A stretch of DNA of 64,000 nucleotides, from assembly GCA_002269645.1 (NCBI GenBank), contig NIVC01000037.1, positions 186,001 to 250,000 of the forward strand. The letters run 5' to 3'. A program made the position numbers and the translations under genes. Positions 1 to 29,169 of the stretch are shown here, one piece after another (position 1 is the first letter of the stretch; each line of letters starts with the position of its first letter). This DNA is from Macrostomum lignano. Taxonomy: Eukaryota. Below the pieces are notes generated by a model. The model was not told the DNA's origin and searched no databases. It worked only from the letters and a program-made list of their open reading frames with translations.

Positions 1-45
1 CCAGCGGCTTCTCACCTTTAGTCCCCACTCGCCTTTCAGCGACTC

Positions 46-1337
46 ATGGAGTATTCATTTACCTCCGACACGTCCGAGGCTGCTGGAGCACCAACCGAGG
101 TTGGCACCGCGGCCCAGCCGGACATTCGCAACACCGGAACCCCCGGTGCCTCTCAATCTGCCGCTGCCGCCGCTCAGGATAATACCGGAGTGGCTGGACA
201 AGACAGCGGACCTCAGATTTCAAAAAAGAAGGCCCGTAGCATTGCTCGCTACAAAGCCTTTCTCCAGCGCAAAGCGGAGGAACGGAGGAATGCGAAAGCC
301 GCCCCTCCGGCCACCTCCGAGGAGGATGCCGGTAACTCTGCGAACCCCGCGGAGGAGCCGACATCCGACAAGGGGGTGGACCCCGCGCGCCGGTCTGATG
401 CGTCAGGTGCCGCCGAAGCTCCTGGTGCGGCTGGCCCCTCCCGTGACCGGACCTCTGCCCGTGTGGAAGCTCCCACGGCCGTGGAGGGATCCAAAGCGGG
501 GGGCGCTGGCCAAACCACAAAGCCGAAGCGAACCTACGCGGCTATGGCCAAAAGGCAGCCGGCCCTGGTTATCCAAGGCCAGGAGACGCCTCTTACGGCC
601 GAACAGCTCGACCTTATCTGGCGCAGGTTGGACTCCCACCTGGTCAAGATGGCCTTGAGCGGCACTACTATTCGAGTCCAAAAGACGAAAGTCGAGGACC
701 AAGCCCTCTATATCCAGCCCACCGACAGCCAGTCAGGACAGCAGCTCCTCGAGCTGCTGAAAACCTTCGACTGGAGTACGGAGCTGGAGAACCTGTTCAT
801 CTACAGGGAGGACGAGCGACCCCGGACACACCGGCACCGTGCCTGGATCCCGGCTCGCAGCTGCATCACCAAGGCCGACGAGCTGCGTCACCTGCTAGTG
901 GCTTCCAACCCGGAGCTACCGGCCAACGGTGTCGTAGTCCAAGCCGGGCGGAGACGGTTTCACGGCTATTCTTGGACTGTCGGATAGCTGGATGCTCCGC
1001 TACCCGGACATGTCCATCATCTCTGTCGGGCTGTTGCAGATTCAGCTCTTTAGAACAGGCGGACGTGGAAAGGGCCGGAAACCCGCCCGGAACACTATCC
1101 GCTCTGGTCTGACTCAGCGCGCGAAGCAGCTGCTGGACACCGCCAAGGCCCCCAACCCAGCCACCCCCAGCCCAGTGTCACCACTGCGGCCCCCCCGGAA
1201 AACCGGGCCGAGAGCGAGAATGCCGCCCAGGTAGCGACCTCGCCCTCGACCATGGAATCCATCCGGGAGGAGCCCATGGAGCTGGAGCCGGGAGCTATCG
1301 GCGAGGCAGAAGAGGCAGCTCTCCTGCACAACTCGCC

Positions 1338-1341
<4 letters not shown>
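46..1341 (+). CDS. LINE ORF1 (gag-like), broken by about two single-base frameshifts near 950 and 1195
   Basis: ORF 46-987 continues in another frame as 992-1234, then as an acidic tail (..EEPMELEPGAIGEAEEAALLHNSP*) ending at TGA 1339-1341. Position upstream of the APE domain fits ORF1. No clear CCHC knuckle seen. Confidence 0.6.
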
Positions 1342-5092
<3,751 letters not shown>

Positions 5093-5190
5093 CTGCCCGT
5101 GCTCACCAGGGGTTAGCGAAATGGGCGGCAACGCCTCCTCGCTGTTTCCGGACGCACGGAGCCCCCTGCAGCTAAGTCAAGTAAGAGGCG

Positions 5191-5965
5191 TGTGCCTGTA
5201 GCTAAGGATGTCTGTAGCTAAGGGTGCCTGTAGCTAAGGGTGCCTGTAGCTAAGGGTGCCTGTATCTAAGGGTGCCTGCAGTTAAGGGGTGCAAATAGCT
5301 AATGGGTGCCAGTAGCTAAGGGTGCCTGTAGCTAAGGATGTCTGTAGCTAAGGGTGCCTGTAGCTAAGGATGTCTGTAGCTAAGGATGTCTGTAGCTAAG
5401 GGTGTCTGTAGCTAAGGGTGCCTGTAGCTAAGGGTGCCTGTAGCTAAGGGTGCCTGTAGCTAAGGGTGCCTGTTGCCAAGGCTTCCTGTATCTAAGGGTG
5501 CCTGCAGTTAAGGGGTGCAAATAGCTAATGGGTGCCAGTAGCTAAGGGTGCCTGTAGCTAAGGGTGCCTGTAGCTAAGGATGTCTGTAGCTAAGGGCGCC
5601 TGTAGCTAAGGATGTCTGTAGCTAAGGGTGCCTGTAGCTAAGGGTGCCTGTAGCTAAGGGTGCCTGTAGCTAAGTATGTCTGTAGCTAAGGGTGCCTGTA
5701 GCTAAGGGTGCCTGTAGCTAAGGGTGTCTGTAGCTAAGGGTGTCTGTAGCTAAGGATGTCTGTAGCTAAGGGTGCCTGTAGCTAAGGGTGCCTGTAGCTA
5801 AGGGTGTCTGTAGCTAAGGGTGCCAGTAGCTAAGGGTGCCTGTAGCTAAGGGTGTCTGTAGCTAAGGGTGCCTGTAGCTAGCTAAGGGTGTCTGTAGCTA
5901 AGGGTGCCTGTAGCTAGGGGTGCCTGCAGTTAAGGGGTGCAAATAGCTAATGGGTGCCTGTAGCT
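5191..5965. repeat. 16-bp minisatellite (gtgcctgtagctaagg)n
   Basis: Direct tandem copies with gtgtct/gatgtct variants, immediately after the LINE 3' end. Confidence 0.97.
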
Positions 5966-6026
5966 AAGGGGTCAGTATTGAGCCAGCATCAGATTGCGCA
6001 GCACAAAGCCGTGCAGCCCGGCGCAC

Positions 6027-18730
<12,704 letters not shown>

Positions 18731-19484
18731 TGCTGGCTACTCAGCACTTTGCTAATGAAGCGAATCAGTTTTGAGTAGCCGGAAGTTGAGCAGCCAGCGT
18801 CCAAGCCTCGTGACAATTCGTCAAGGCGGCAAGCCACGATGGAGGCAGGTCTCTCCTAGTTGCCGGCACTTTTTTCTTCAACAACAGCCCCTTTTTCAGT
18901 TTCCTCTCCTCCTCTGCCACCCCGTCCCAGTGGAGAGTGAGGCGGCTCTGATAGGCTGGAGTTGACACGGCAGGGGCAGAGGGGGTGCGGAGTGCAGGGA
19001 AGAGAAGCAGATCCATCGAATCTTCCTATTCTCTCTTCAGTGCCGCGCGCTCCCCGGTTTTTCGCCGTTATCCCCCCCCCCCCTGAGTTGGCCTTGATAT
19101 AAAATCATTATTTTCTCCGCGGGGTCCGGCAGTGCGACACCTAGCCAATGTAACGCGGGTAGTTTGCTCTCAATGCTGCCTGAGCTCCCGCATGCAACCA
19201 ATATACATGCAGAAATACAGTGAGAGCAAATCACCACCCGGTACTTGGCTGTCCGTCCCACCCTCTGGGGAATTCCGGGTCCTCCCACAGACGCGGCTGG
19301 CCAGCTTCTCCCGCTCCGCCATGTGATCTATGACTGCGAGCAGCAGCCCTGCCTGCGCTTCTCTTCATTCATTAATTACTTATATTCTGTTTATAGCAAC
19401 CGCTCTCGATTCTCTAATGACGTAATCATCGATGCTGGATCCGACCCAACCAATGATGATGAAGGAACAACGTTAGCATAGAAT

Positions 19485-20760
19485 AGCAATCAGCGCCCCC
19501 CGTTGGGGAGCCAAAAACGCAGTACAAGTTTTTTTTAATAAACTACATGTAGCGTCTCCTTGCAATATACCTCAGCAGTCCCTTGTAAGCCTTGACATCT
19601 CAGCAATCCCCCCATAAGCCTTGAAATCTTAAAAAATCTGTCAACCTTCTAACCGTAACCCTAACCCCAACCCTAACCCTAACCCTAACCCTAGCCCTAA
19701 CCCTAACCCTAAATCATCGACATTTCGGTAATTCTCCCCAAGAGTCATTATAGCATGACAGCGTTATAGCGATTCCCAAATGAATCTCCTAACTTCGACA
19801 TGAAGCTTCTTTTATCTTTTACATTATGCTTCTTCTATCAGCGCCCCCCGTGGCAAGCCAACAAAGAATGTAATAAAAAATTGAATAAACTACATGTAGC
19901 TTCTGACTTTTGCCTTGACATCTCAGTTATTCCCCCCATAAGCTTTTACATCATAGTAATTCTCCCCAAGAGTCACAGCATACAGTTTCATGTGACGTTT
20001 TTTCCATGACGTTTCCTTCATGTCTGACATGATGCTTCTTTTGTGAAGGCTTTATTCTACTTTTGAATAAGCTACCTGTTTAAACGAAACTACAGCTTTT
20101 CTTTGCAATAACCTCAGCAATCCCTTGTGAGCCTTGTCATCTCAGCTATTCCCCTCGCAAGCCTTGACATCTCAGCGATGCCCCCCATAAACCTTGAAAT
20201 CCGAAAAATCCCCTGTTAACCTTGAAACCCCAACCCTAAACCTAAACCTGACCTAAATCTAACCCTAACCCTAACCCTAAAGCCTTGACATCTCAGCAAT
20301 TCTTCTCCCCTAAGCCTTGACATTTTAGTGATTCTAGCCCAAGAATCACAGCATTATAGCGATTCTCTCCAAGCCTTGACATCGTAGCAATTCCCAAATG
20401 AATCTTTTAACTTCGACATGACTCTTCTTTTATGTCTACATAGTGCTACTTTTCTTTTTTACATTACGCTTCTTCTATCAGCGCCCCCCCGTAGCGAGCC
20501 AACAAAGAATGTAATAAAAAATGAATAAACTACATGTAGCTTCTGACGTTTGCCTTGACATCTCAGAAATCCCTCAGTACCTCAGTAATCCATCACATCT
20601 CCGTTATTCTCCGTGAGCCTTGACATCTCAGTAATTCTCCCAAGAGTCACAGCACAGTTTTACATGACGCTTCTATGCTTTTTTACATGACGCTTCTATG
20701 ATTTTTTACATGACGCTTCTATGATTTTTTACATGACGCTTTTTAAAAAAACAAATTTAG
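19485..20760 (+). mobile_element. Composite interspersed repeat with internal (TAACCC)n tracts and gccttgacatctcagcaat subrepeats
   Basis: Three modules start with cagcgcccccc (19491, 19839, 20479). Telomere-type tracts lie at about 19650-19712 and 20228-20281. A reverse-complement homologue is at 54290-55370. Confidence 0.8.
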
Positions 20761-21085
20761 TTTTCTTGACGTTAAAAAGTGTTATTTTAAAAAACTCTAC
20801 TCTCTGAAAATTCGAACCATCGTCGCTGCATTTAGCAGTTCAGTCTGCTCACCTCTAGGCTAGCTCTTACTGTTTCGATGATATGAATTGTAGCACTTAT
20901 AATTCAACACTCAAATCAAGTCGCTTAAAGAAAATCACACGAAGCAGTTATGACATAATCATTTTCTCAGTCGGTCAGTATCAGTTAACAATATGGTTAC
21001 GCAATCTATATCAAGTCTGGTGCTACGCTTCCACACTGCATTTTCAAGTCTGTGACGCAATTCAAGTCTGAGTTACAAATAGATG

Positions 21086-21678
21086 ATGTGAACAGGGTGA
21101 ACTGGTGAACAGGGTGAACTGGTGAACAGGGTGAACTGGTGAACATGGTGAACTGGTGAACAGGGTGAACTGGTGAACAGGGTGAACTGGTGAACAGGGT
21201 GAACTGGTGAACAGGGTGAACTGGTGAACAGGGTGAACTGGTGAACAGGGTGAACTGGTGAACAGGGAGAACTGGTGAACATGGTGAACTGGTGAACAGG
21301 GTGAACTGGTGAACATGGTGAACTGGTGAACATGGTGAACTGGTGAACAGGGTGAACTGGTGAACAGGGTGAACTGGTGAACAGGGAGAACTGGTGAACA
21401 TGGTGAACTGGTGAACAGGGTGAACTGGTGAACATGGTGAACTGGTGAACATGGTGAACTGGTGAACAGGGTGAACTGGTGAACAGGGTGAACTGGTGAA
21501 CAGGGTGAACTGGTGAACAGGGTGAACTGGTGAACAGGGTGAACTGGTGAACAGGGTGAACTGGTGAACAGGGTGAACTGGTGAACAGGGTGAACTGGTG
21601 AACAGGGTGAACTGGTGAACAGGGTGAACTGGTGAACAGGGTGAACTGGTGAACAGGGTGAACTGGTGAACAGGGTGA
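21086..21678. repeat. 17-bp minisatellite (agggtgaactggtgaac)n
   Basis: About 35 tandem copies. Confidence 0.98.
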
Positions 21679-22175
21679 GCTTGTACCACTGGCGGTGAAA
21701 GCGCTGCCTCCATCAGTGAAGAAAAGAACTTGAAATGAATTTCATAAGCTCAGACGTCTGGTCTGTCAAGTTGTTTTTTTCTCTCATCAGCATAGCCGAA
21801 CTTTTATCAGCCTTCTTCTTTTTTTGCCTTCTCTCTTACCGACCGACAAGATGTGGAATTGGCGGTACGGCAGGGCGCGACAGGCGGTCCCGGCCTTCCT
21901 GGGCCATCCGCTTTGAAATCCAGCAGCAGAAAGAAGTATGGCGCGCAGGCTGTTCCAAGCATGCACTGCTGCTGGGCCTTGCGCCTCAGCCTCAGTTGCT
22001 GGCTGCCCGCTTCCCGCAGTCTTGAACTGCGCCACTCAATCCATCACAGGGGCAAGCGGGCGGGCGGGAGAGAGGGGGGGACAGACACACATTTTCCACC
22101 GGGTCTCCATGGCGACGGTGCGTTTAGTTTTAGTCTAATATTCCAGACACTTCGGGACTTTCAGCACGCGTTTTA

Positions 22176-22684
<509 letters not shown>

Positions 22685-23059
22685 CCTAGCAAGGGGTTAA
22701 GCAGGTTTTGCTAGAAGATATCGAAAAACACAGTGAGAAGAGGAGGTCGCAGCTGCATCGTGCGCTGGATAAAATTGTTTTCAACAAGCCGACACATCTC
22801 GCCAGCTTCTACAGGCGGCAGAAGCAAACCTGTTTCCTGTGCCGTCCGAATAATTCTTAGGGCAGAAGACAAGTGCCGCATTTCTGCCTTCCCCGAACGG
22901 CCCCTCTGCCGCCCTCCGCTTTATTTAATCAATAATTGCAAATGAGTTCCGACCTGTAGAGCATCTGCAACCCATGTGTTGCCTCACCCAACGCCTCTGA
23001 CGCGAGCGGAGACAATTGCGCAGGAGTCTGACCGCTTCACTGATCTCCCCAATCCCCAT

Positions 23060-23550
23060 TTTACCAACCCCACACCCATCCCCATCCCCAATCCCACACC
23101 CATCCCCATCCCCATTCCCACACCCATCCCCATCCCCATTCCCACACCCATCCCCATCCCCATTCCCACACCCATCCCCATCCCCATTCCCACACCCATC
23201 CCCATCCCCATTCCCACACCCATCCCCATCCCCATTCCCACACAAATCCCACACCCATCCCCACACCCATCCCCATCCCCATTCCCACACCCATCCCCAT
23301 CCCTGCCCCCATCCCCACACCCATCCTCACACCCATCCCCACACTAATCCCCACACCAATCCCACACCTATCCCCACACCAATCCCCACACCCATCCCCA
23401 CACCCATCCCCATCCCCATCCCCACACCCATCCCCATCACTATATTGATGCACATCCAAGTTACCATTCCCATCCCACACCCATCCTCTTTCCACACTAA
23501 TCTCCATCCCCATCCCATCACTCTAATCCTCGTCAAACCTCATCCCAAAT
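23060..23550. repeat. C-rich (cccatc/cccacacccat) repeat
   Basis: A 24-bp unit cccacacccatccccatccccatt that degenerates rightwards. Confidence 0.93.
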
Positions 23551-24039
23551 GACCCCAACCGCATCCCAGCAGTCGCTGGCCGCACGGGAGCTCAGGCTAA
23601 ATTCTTAGCCTATCTCAGTCCGCCCAGCCCAGCCTGCGCCCTCATCCTGCAGCCTCATTAAGGCTGGCTAAATTATAGAAAAAGGCGCGCGCGCAGCTGG
23701 GGATCCGGCCGGGCAGTCGGCAGTCGGAGGTACTTCCGGAGGAAATGAGAGGGATGGGCAGGGCACTTGGCCCCGCCTCCCCTTCTCTGCTGTTTGTGTG
23801 TTTATACCAAGGCTAGGAATTATCGCGGCCAATTCTCGAATATTTTCTGTCCCCTTCACTGTACACTACTTACCGGGTAAACTGATAGTAGCATAGTTTG
23901 AAGGGCAGCAGAAAAAACTTTCTTTCACAGACAATTTAAAAAAGAATAAAGAAACATCAAAATAATTGAGAGTGTGCTAAAAATACGAACTCTTCGTTCG
24001 GAATTCAATTGCGAGATTCTCACCGTCGGAGACTGTGAG

Positions 24040-25140
24040 ATGGAGAGGACAGAGAGAGAAACGGTGAGAGGAAAGGAAAAGAGAGAGGGAGTGAAGAGGG
24101 GAATGGAGAAGGAGACAGTGAGAGGGTAGACAGTAACAGGGGGGGAATAGAGGGAGACAGTGAGGGGGAGAGAGGGGGGAGACAGTGAGAAGGGAGCCAG
24201 CGAGAGGGGGAGACAGTGATAGGGGCAAATGAGAGGGAAAAATGAGAGGGAAACAGAGGGTGAAAAAGAGAGGGGGAAGAGAGGGGGAAGAGACGGAGAC
24301 AGTGAGAAGTGGAGAGAGAGGGAGACAGAAAGAAGTAGAGAGAGTGAGGGAGACAGAGAGCAAAGAGGAGAGAGAGGGAGACAGAGAGCAAGGAGAGAGA
24401 GAGGGAGACAGAGAGCAAGGAGGAGAGAGAGAGGGAGACAGAGAGCAAGGAGGAGAGAGAGGGAGACAGAGAGCAAGGAGGAGAGAGAGAGGGAGACAGA
24501 GAGCAAGGAGGAGAGAGAGAGAGACAGAGAGCAAGGAGGAGAGAGAGAGACAGAGAGCAAGGAGGGGAGAGAGAGGGAGACAGAGAGCAAGGAGGGGAGA
24601 GAGAGGGAGACAGAGAGCAAGGAGGAGAGAGAGAGACAGAGTGCAAGGAGGGGAGAGAGAGGGAGACAGAGAGCAAGGAGGGGAGAGAGAGGGAGACAGA
24701 GAGCAAGGAGGAGAGAGAGAGGGAGACAGAGAGCAAGGAGGGGAGAGAGAGAGACAGAGAGCAAGGAGGAGAGAGAGAGGGAGACAGAGAGCAAGGAGGA
24801 GAGAGAGAGGGAGACAGAGAGCAAGGAGGAGAGAGAGGGAGACAGAGAGCAAGGAGGAGAGAGGGAGACAGAGAGCAAGGAAGAGAGAGGGAGACAGAGA
24901 GCAAGGAGGAGAGAGAGAGACAGAGAGCAAGGAGGAGAGAGAGAGACAGAGAGCAAGGAGGGGAGAGAGGGAGACAGAGAGCAAGGAGGAGAGAGAGAGA
25001 CAGAGAGCAAGGAGGAGAGAGAGAGACAGAGAGCAAGGAGGAGAGAGAGAGGGAGACAGAGAGCAAGGAGGAGAGAGAGGGAGACAGAGAGCAAGGAGGA
25101 GAGAGAGGGAGAGGGAGACAGAGAGCGGGGGAGGGAGACA
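24040..25140. repeat. GA-rich composite minisatellite (gagggagacagagagcaaggagga..)
   Basis: Variable units of about 25-31 bp; source of the SLS/ERE ORFs. Confidence 0.95.
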
Positions 25141-25167
25141 GTATGATAAACTGGCAGCTGAACTCAC

Positions 25168-27726
25168 AGCTCTTTGAGTCGCCAACCCGGCTGAGCAGGA
25201 TCTCGCTGGGCTGCAGCACCCCGGCCAGCTCGAAGACGCATTCAACGCCGTCCAGCTTGAGCTGCCTGCCGGTGCACCAGGCGGCGATGCTCTTGCCGAC
25301 GGACAGGCTGGCCGGAATGTCGCTGGCCGGTAGCCGCTGGGGCCGCTGGTAGATGACGGTGACCCGGCGCCAGCCGTTGCTCCGCATGAAGACGCCGATG
25401 ATGTCGACGATGTCGCGCGTCTGCAGCGGCGTCAATCTGACCAGCGTTGTCTCCGACTTGTCGGCGAAAGCTTCGTCAAGTGCGCCGACTGTCAGCATCG
25501 GGATGCGGCCGGTGTGGAAGGCGAACGGCATCAGTTGCGTCACCGAATAGTCGATGGTGGGCCCGAATATCGCGTGGATGCACTGCCGCCTGAGCCGGTT
25601 GGGCGATGGGATGCGTGCTGGCATCTGATCATGGGGACATCTAATCATGATATCCATCTAATCATGGGGACATCTAATCATGGGGACGTCTAATCATGGG
25701 GACATCTAATCATGGGTGAATCTAATCATTGAGGACATCTAATCATGGGAACATCAAATCATGATATCCATCTAATCATGGCAACATCTAATCATGGGTA
25801 CATCTAATCATGGGTACATCTAATCATGGGTAAATCTAATCATTGAGGACATCTAATCATGGCAACATCTAATCATGAGGACATCAAATCATAGGGACAT
25901 CTAATCATGGAGACATCTAATTATGATGGCATCTAATCATGAGGACATCTAATCATGGAGACATCTAATTATGATGGCATCTAATCATGAGGACATCTAA
26001 TCATGGGTACATCTAATCATGAGGACATCTAATCATGAGGACATCTAATCACAGGGACATCAAATCATGAGGACATCTAATCATGAGGACATCTAATCAC
26101 GGGGACATCAAATCATGGAGAAATCTAATAATGATGGCATCTCTCCATCGTGACATCCAACCATAGTGGCTTTTGATCGTGATGCACCTGCTTTCACGCA
26201 GTCATCTCTAATCACAATCGCCTTTGGATCTACTTTATCATGCTATTGCCCAAATGACTATGCAATCATTGCTATGTAAATGACTAGATATCTAAACACG
26301 CAGTTCCATTTTCGAGCACTATAGACAGCGTGTTGTTGCGAGAAGCGAAAAGTGGGGTGGGTGCGCAAGCGGGCACGCGAACTTGAAGCATACTGTCACG
26401 CTGGTACAATGGAGTTGCTTTGCAGTCTGCAGCAAATAAACACGGTTAGAGAAGCAGTTGAACACTCCGTTTGGTTTGAATTTACCACAATATTTTGCAC
26501 CACTGCGTCTTTTCTGTTTATTTTTCATTGAAATCCTATGGATCTACTCAGCATTCTATAATGGTCTACTCAGCATTCTATAATGGTCTACTCAGCATTC
26601 TATAATGGTCTACTCAGCATTCTATAATGGTCTACTCAGCATTCTATAATGGTCTACTCAGCAATCTATAATGGTCTACTCAGCAATCTATAATGGTCTA
26701 CTCAGCAATCTATAATGGTCTACTCAGCATTCTAGAATAGTCTACTCAGCAATCTATAATGGTCTACTCAGCAATCTATAATGGTCTACTCAGCAATCTA
26801 TAATGGTCTACTCAGCATTCTATAATGGTCTACTCAGCATTCTAGAATAGTCTACTCATTATCTTATCATGATCTCACCATTCTATCAGGATCTAATCAC
26901 CACTCTATCATGATCTACTCATTATCTTATTATGATCTACTCACCATTCTTCTATGATCTACTCCCCATTCTAGAATAGCCTACTCATCACCTTATCATG
27001 ATCTACTCACCATTATATCAATGTCTACTCACAGCGCACAATTGTATAATAAAAGGCTTTCGAAATGCTCAATCTTCAATGTTTTAATTCGCCATCTTTC
27101 ACCATGTGCTCGCAAACCCCTTAGATATTCGATCCCACTATTACTTACAATACCACATTGTAACCTCAAAAATTTAGTACGAACTAGAGCCAACCACATT
27201 TATCCTGACGTTATGTTTTCATATTCATTTAATTTGTTACAGCATTCCCCGGATCCTCGTAGCCTTGAGCAGCAGATCTCCATTTGCGTCAGGGATATTT
27301 ACAATAGAAATGCGCCGCCCTGCTAAGCTCAATCTTGCCGGCAAGGAATGGGAGGAAAGATTGCGGAGATAGCGAGCAAATCCCCAGGATTCATTGGCGC
27401 CAAATTGGCGCGTGGGCCGCCGTCTACTGCTCAGCTTTCCCCGGGGGAATCATGAGGAGATTCTGTGCCTTCTCATTCGCTCATTCTTCATCCGAATTAG
27501 AGGGATCGCCTCACAGCTTCATCCAGCGATTGCGCGCGGCTTCTGCCTGACTGCGCATAGTTTAATATCGGCCGGAGATTTTTATGAAAGTGCATGCATG
27601 CGTGCACAAGAGATATTCGAATTTAGAAAATGTCATTGTTCTGGTAGTCTGCTTATTTTTATCACTGGTTTAAAATCTGCTCAGTTTAACGAAAACGGCA
27701 GTGGAATGTTTGCTTGATTGACTAAC

Positions 27727-27775
<49 letters not shown>

Positions 27776-27806
27776 TATTGGTTGATTGATTGATTGATTG
27801 ATTGGC

Positions 27807-27844
<38 letters not shown>

Positions 27845-27912
27845 ATTGACTGATTGTTTGATTGATTGGTTGATTGATTGGTTGATTGATTGATTGATTG
27901 ATTGACTGATTG

Positions 27913-27997
<85 letters not shown>

Positions 27998-28004
27998 CTG
28001 ATTG

Positions 28005-28036
<32 letters not shown>

Positions 28037-28614
28037 TTTGATTGATTGGTTGATTGATTGGTTGATTGATTGATTGATTGATTGACTGATTGATTGATTG
28101 ATTAATTGATCTGTTGATTAATTTTTTGTTTATTAGATTTACTGATTTGTCAAGAGGTCCTGAAGGCATTACGACAGTGCTCCTGCAGAAAGCTGGAGAT
28201 TTTCCGTGAGTTTCTAGTTCATAAAAAAGCCCTATATATAAATTCCTACCCTGACGAGACATTGTAGAAGTACTGGCTCATCCGGTAGCTGAGGTAATAC
28301 GGGTCCACCGTGTCCGTCGCCTCGGAGACAGCCCGATGGTCATCAGCGAAATCATACCACTTGGCGTCCTCGTAGATGACACTGGTGTGCGCGTGAGCCA
28401 GCACCGGGTGACCGGGATACCTGGAGCGCACCCGGTTCCAGGCCAGGTTGTAGGCCGGCAGCAGGCCCGGCAGGCTGACATAGTAGCGCGGATTGCGCGG
28501 CGCCACCAGCAGCAGGCGGAGCGGAACTTCTGCGCAGATTTCGTTGCTACCCGACGATGCAGCAGATGACGACGCTGCCAGCAGCAGCAGCAGCAGCAGA
28601 ATTCGAAGCCGCAT
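25168..28614 (-). CDS. Second ANF/natriuretic-receptor-type extracellular domain (signal peptide plus N-terminal lobe); only two exons are firmly supported
   Basis: Exon 28250-28614 (ATG MRLRILLLLLLLAASS.., LLLVAPRNPRYYVSLPGLLPAYNLAWNRV) ends in phase 2 at GG|gtag. Exon 25168-25589 (IHAIFGPTIDYSV..RIPMLTVGA..TLVRL..NGWRRVTVIY) starts in phase 2 after ctcag and ends in phase 1 at T|gtgag. The motifs align by eye with NPR-family LGPxC / PLLTAGA / GW..V.ILY. Confidence 0.8.
25632..26140. repeat. 16-bp minisatellite (catctaatcatgggga)n
   Basis: Degenerate tandem array starting about 40 nt from the splice acceptor at 25590. Confidence 0.93.
26540..26870. repeat. 22-bp minisatellite (gtctactcagcattctataatg)n
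   Basis: About 14 copies, decaying to about 27020. Confidence 0.95.
27717..28125. repeat. (GATT)n microsatellite
   Basis: Direct reading. Confidence 0.97.
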
Positions 28615-29169
28615 AGCGACATTCAATCTGTCATTCTCTCTCGCTTGCCCCTGTTTTACGAGCGATGCCGCTGGCGGGGGATGGCATCGGAGCATCTCAT
28701 TGCATCCCCCCGGGCCAATGGCATCGCTTAGGAGGGCGAGTGGCTTCTTCCCGCTGGTCATAAAAATAGCAATTCTATATTCAACGTCAGAGTAGCTTGG
28801 GCGAGCGTGCAGTTTTGCCCATTTATTGTAGCCTTTATGTCGCACGGCTAATAACAGAATAAATGCGGTGCCATGCACCAGACTTATACAGGCTTATTTA
28901 AACAGACAATGAGACTCTTTACATAAATATATTCGAGGGGGTTATGAAAATGCACTAGACTTGAGCGCTCTGTGGGGCCCAAAAATCTGCACTTAAATTA
29001 ATAAATAACAGATAGAAAACTTTGATTACAGTTTTCACACCACTAGCTGAAATTTCCAAGCTGAAGAAAACAAAACAAGAAAAATAGCATTGCAATACGA
29101 AAATATGGTACAGCTGTTTGTGCGATAACAACTGCTCCATTTGAAGGCTTATTTGATGTTAACTAAGGG

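Noticed and set aside
19650-19712. True telomere or chromosome-fusion site
   Set aside because: Only about 10 imperfect units, embedded at the same position in a dispersed repeat family
22925-25657. Pro/His-, Gly/Met-, Ser/Leu- and Glu/Arg-rich ORFs
   Set aside because: Low-complexity repeats read through by chance; only 25168-25589 is supported as an exon
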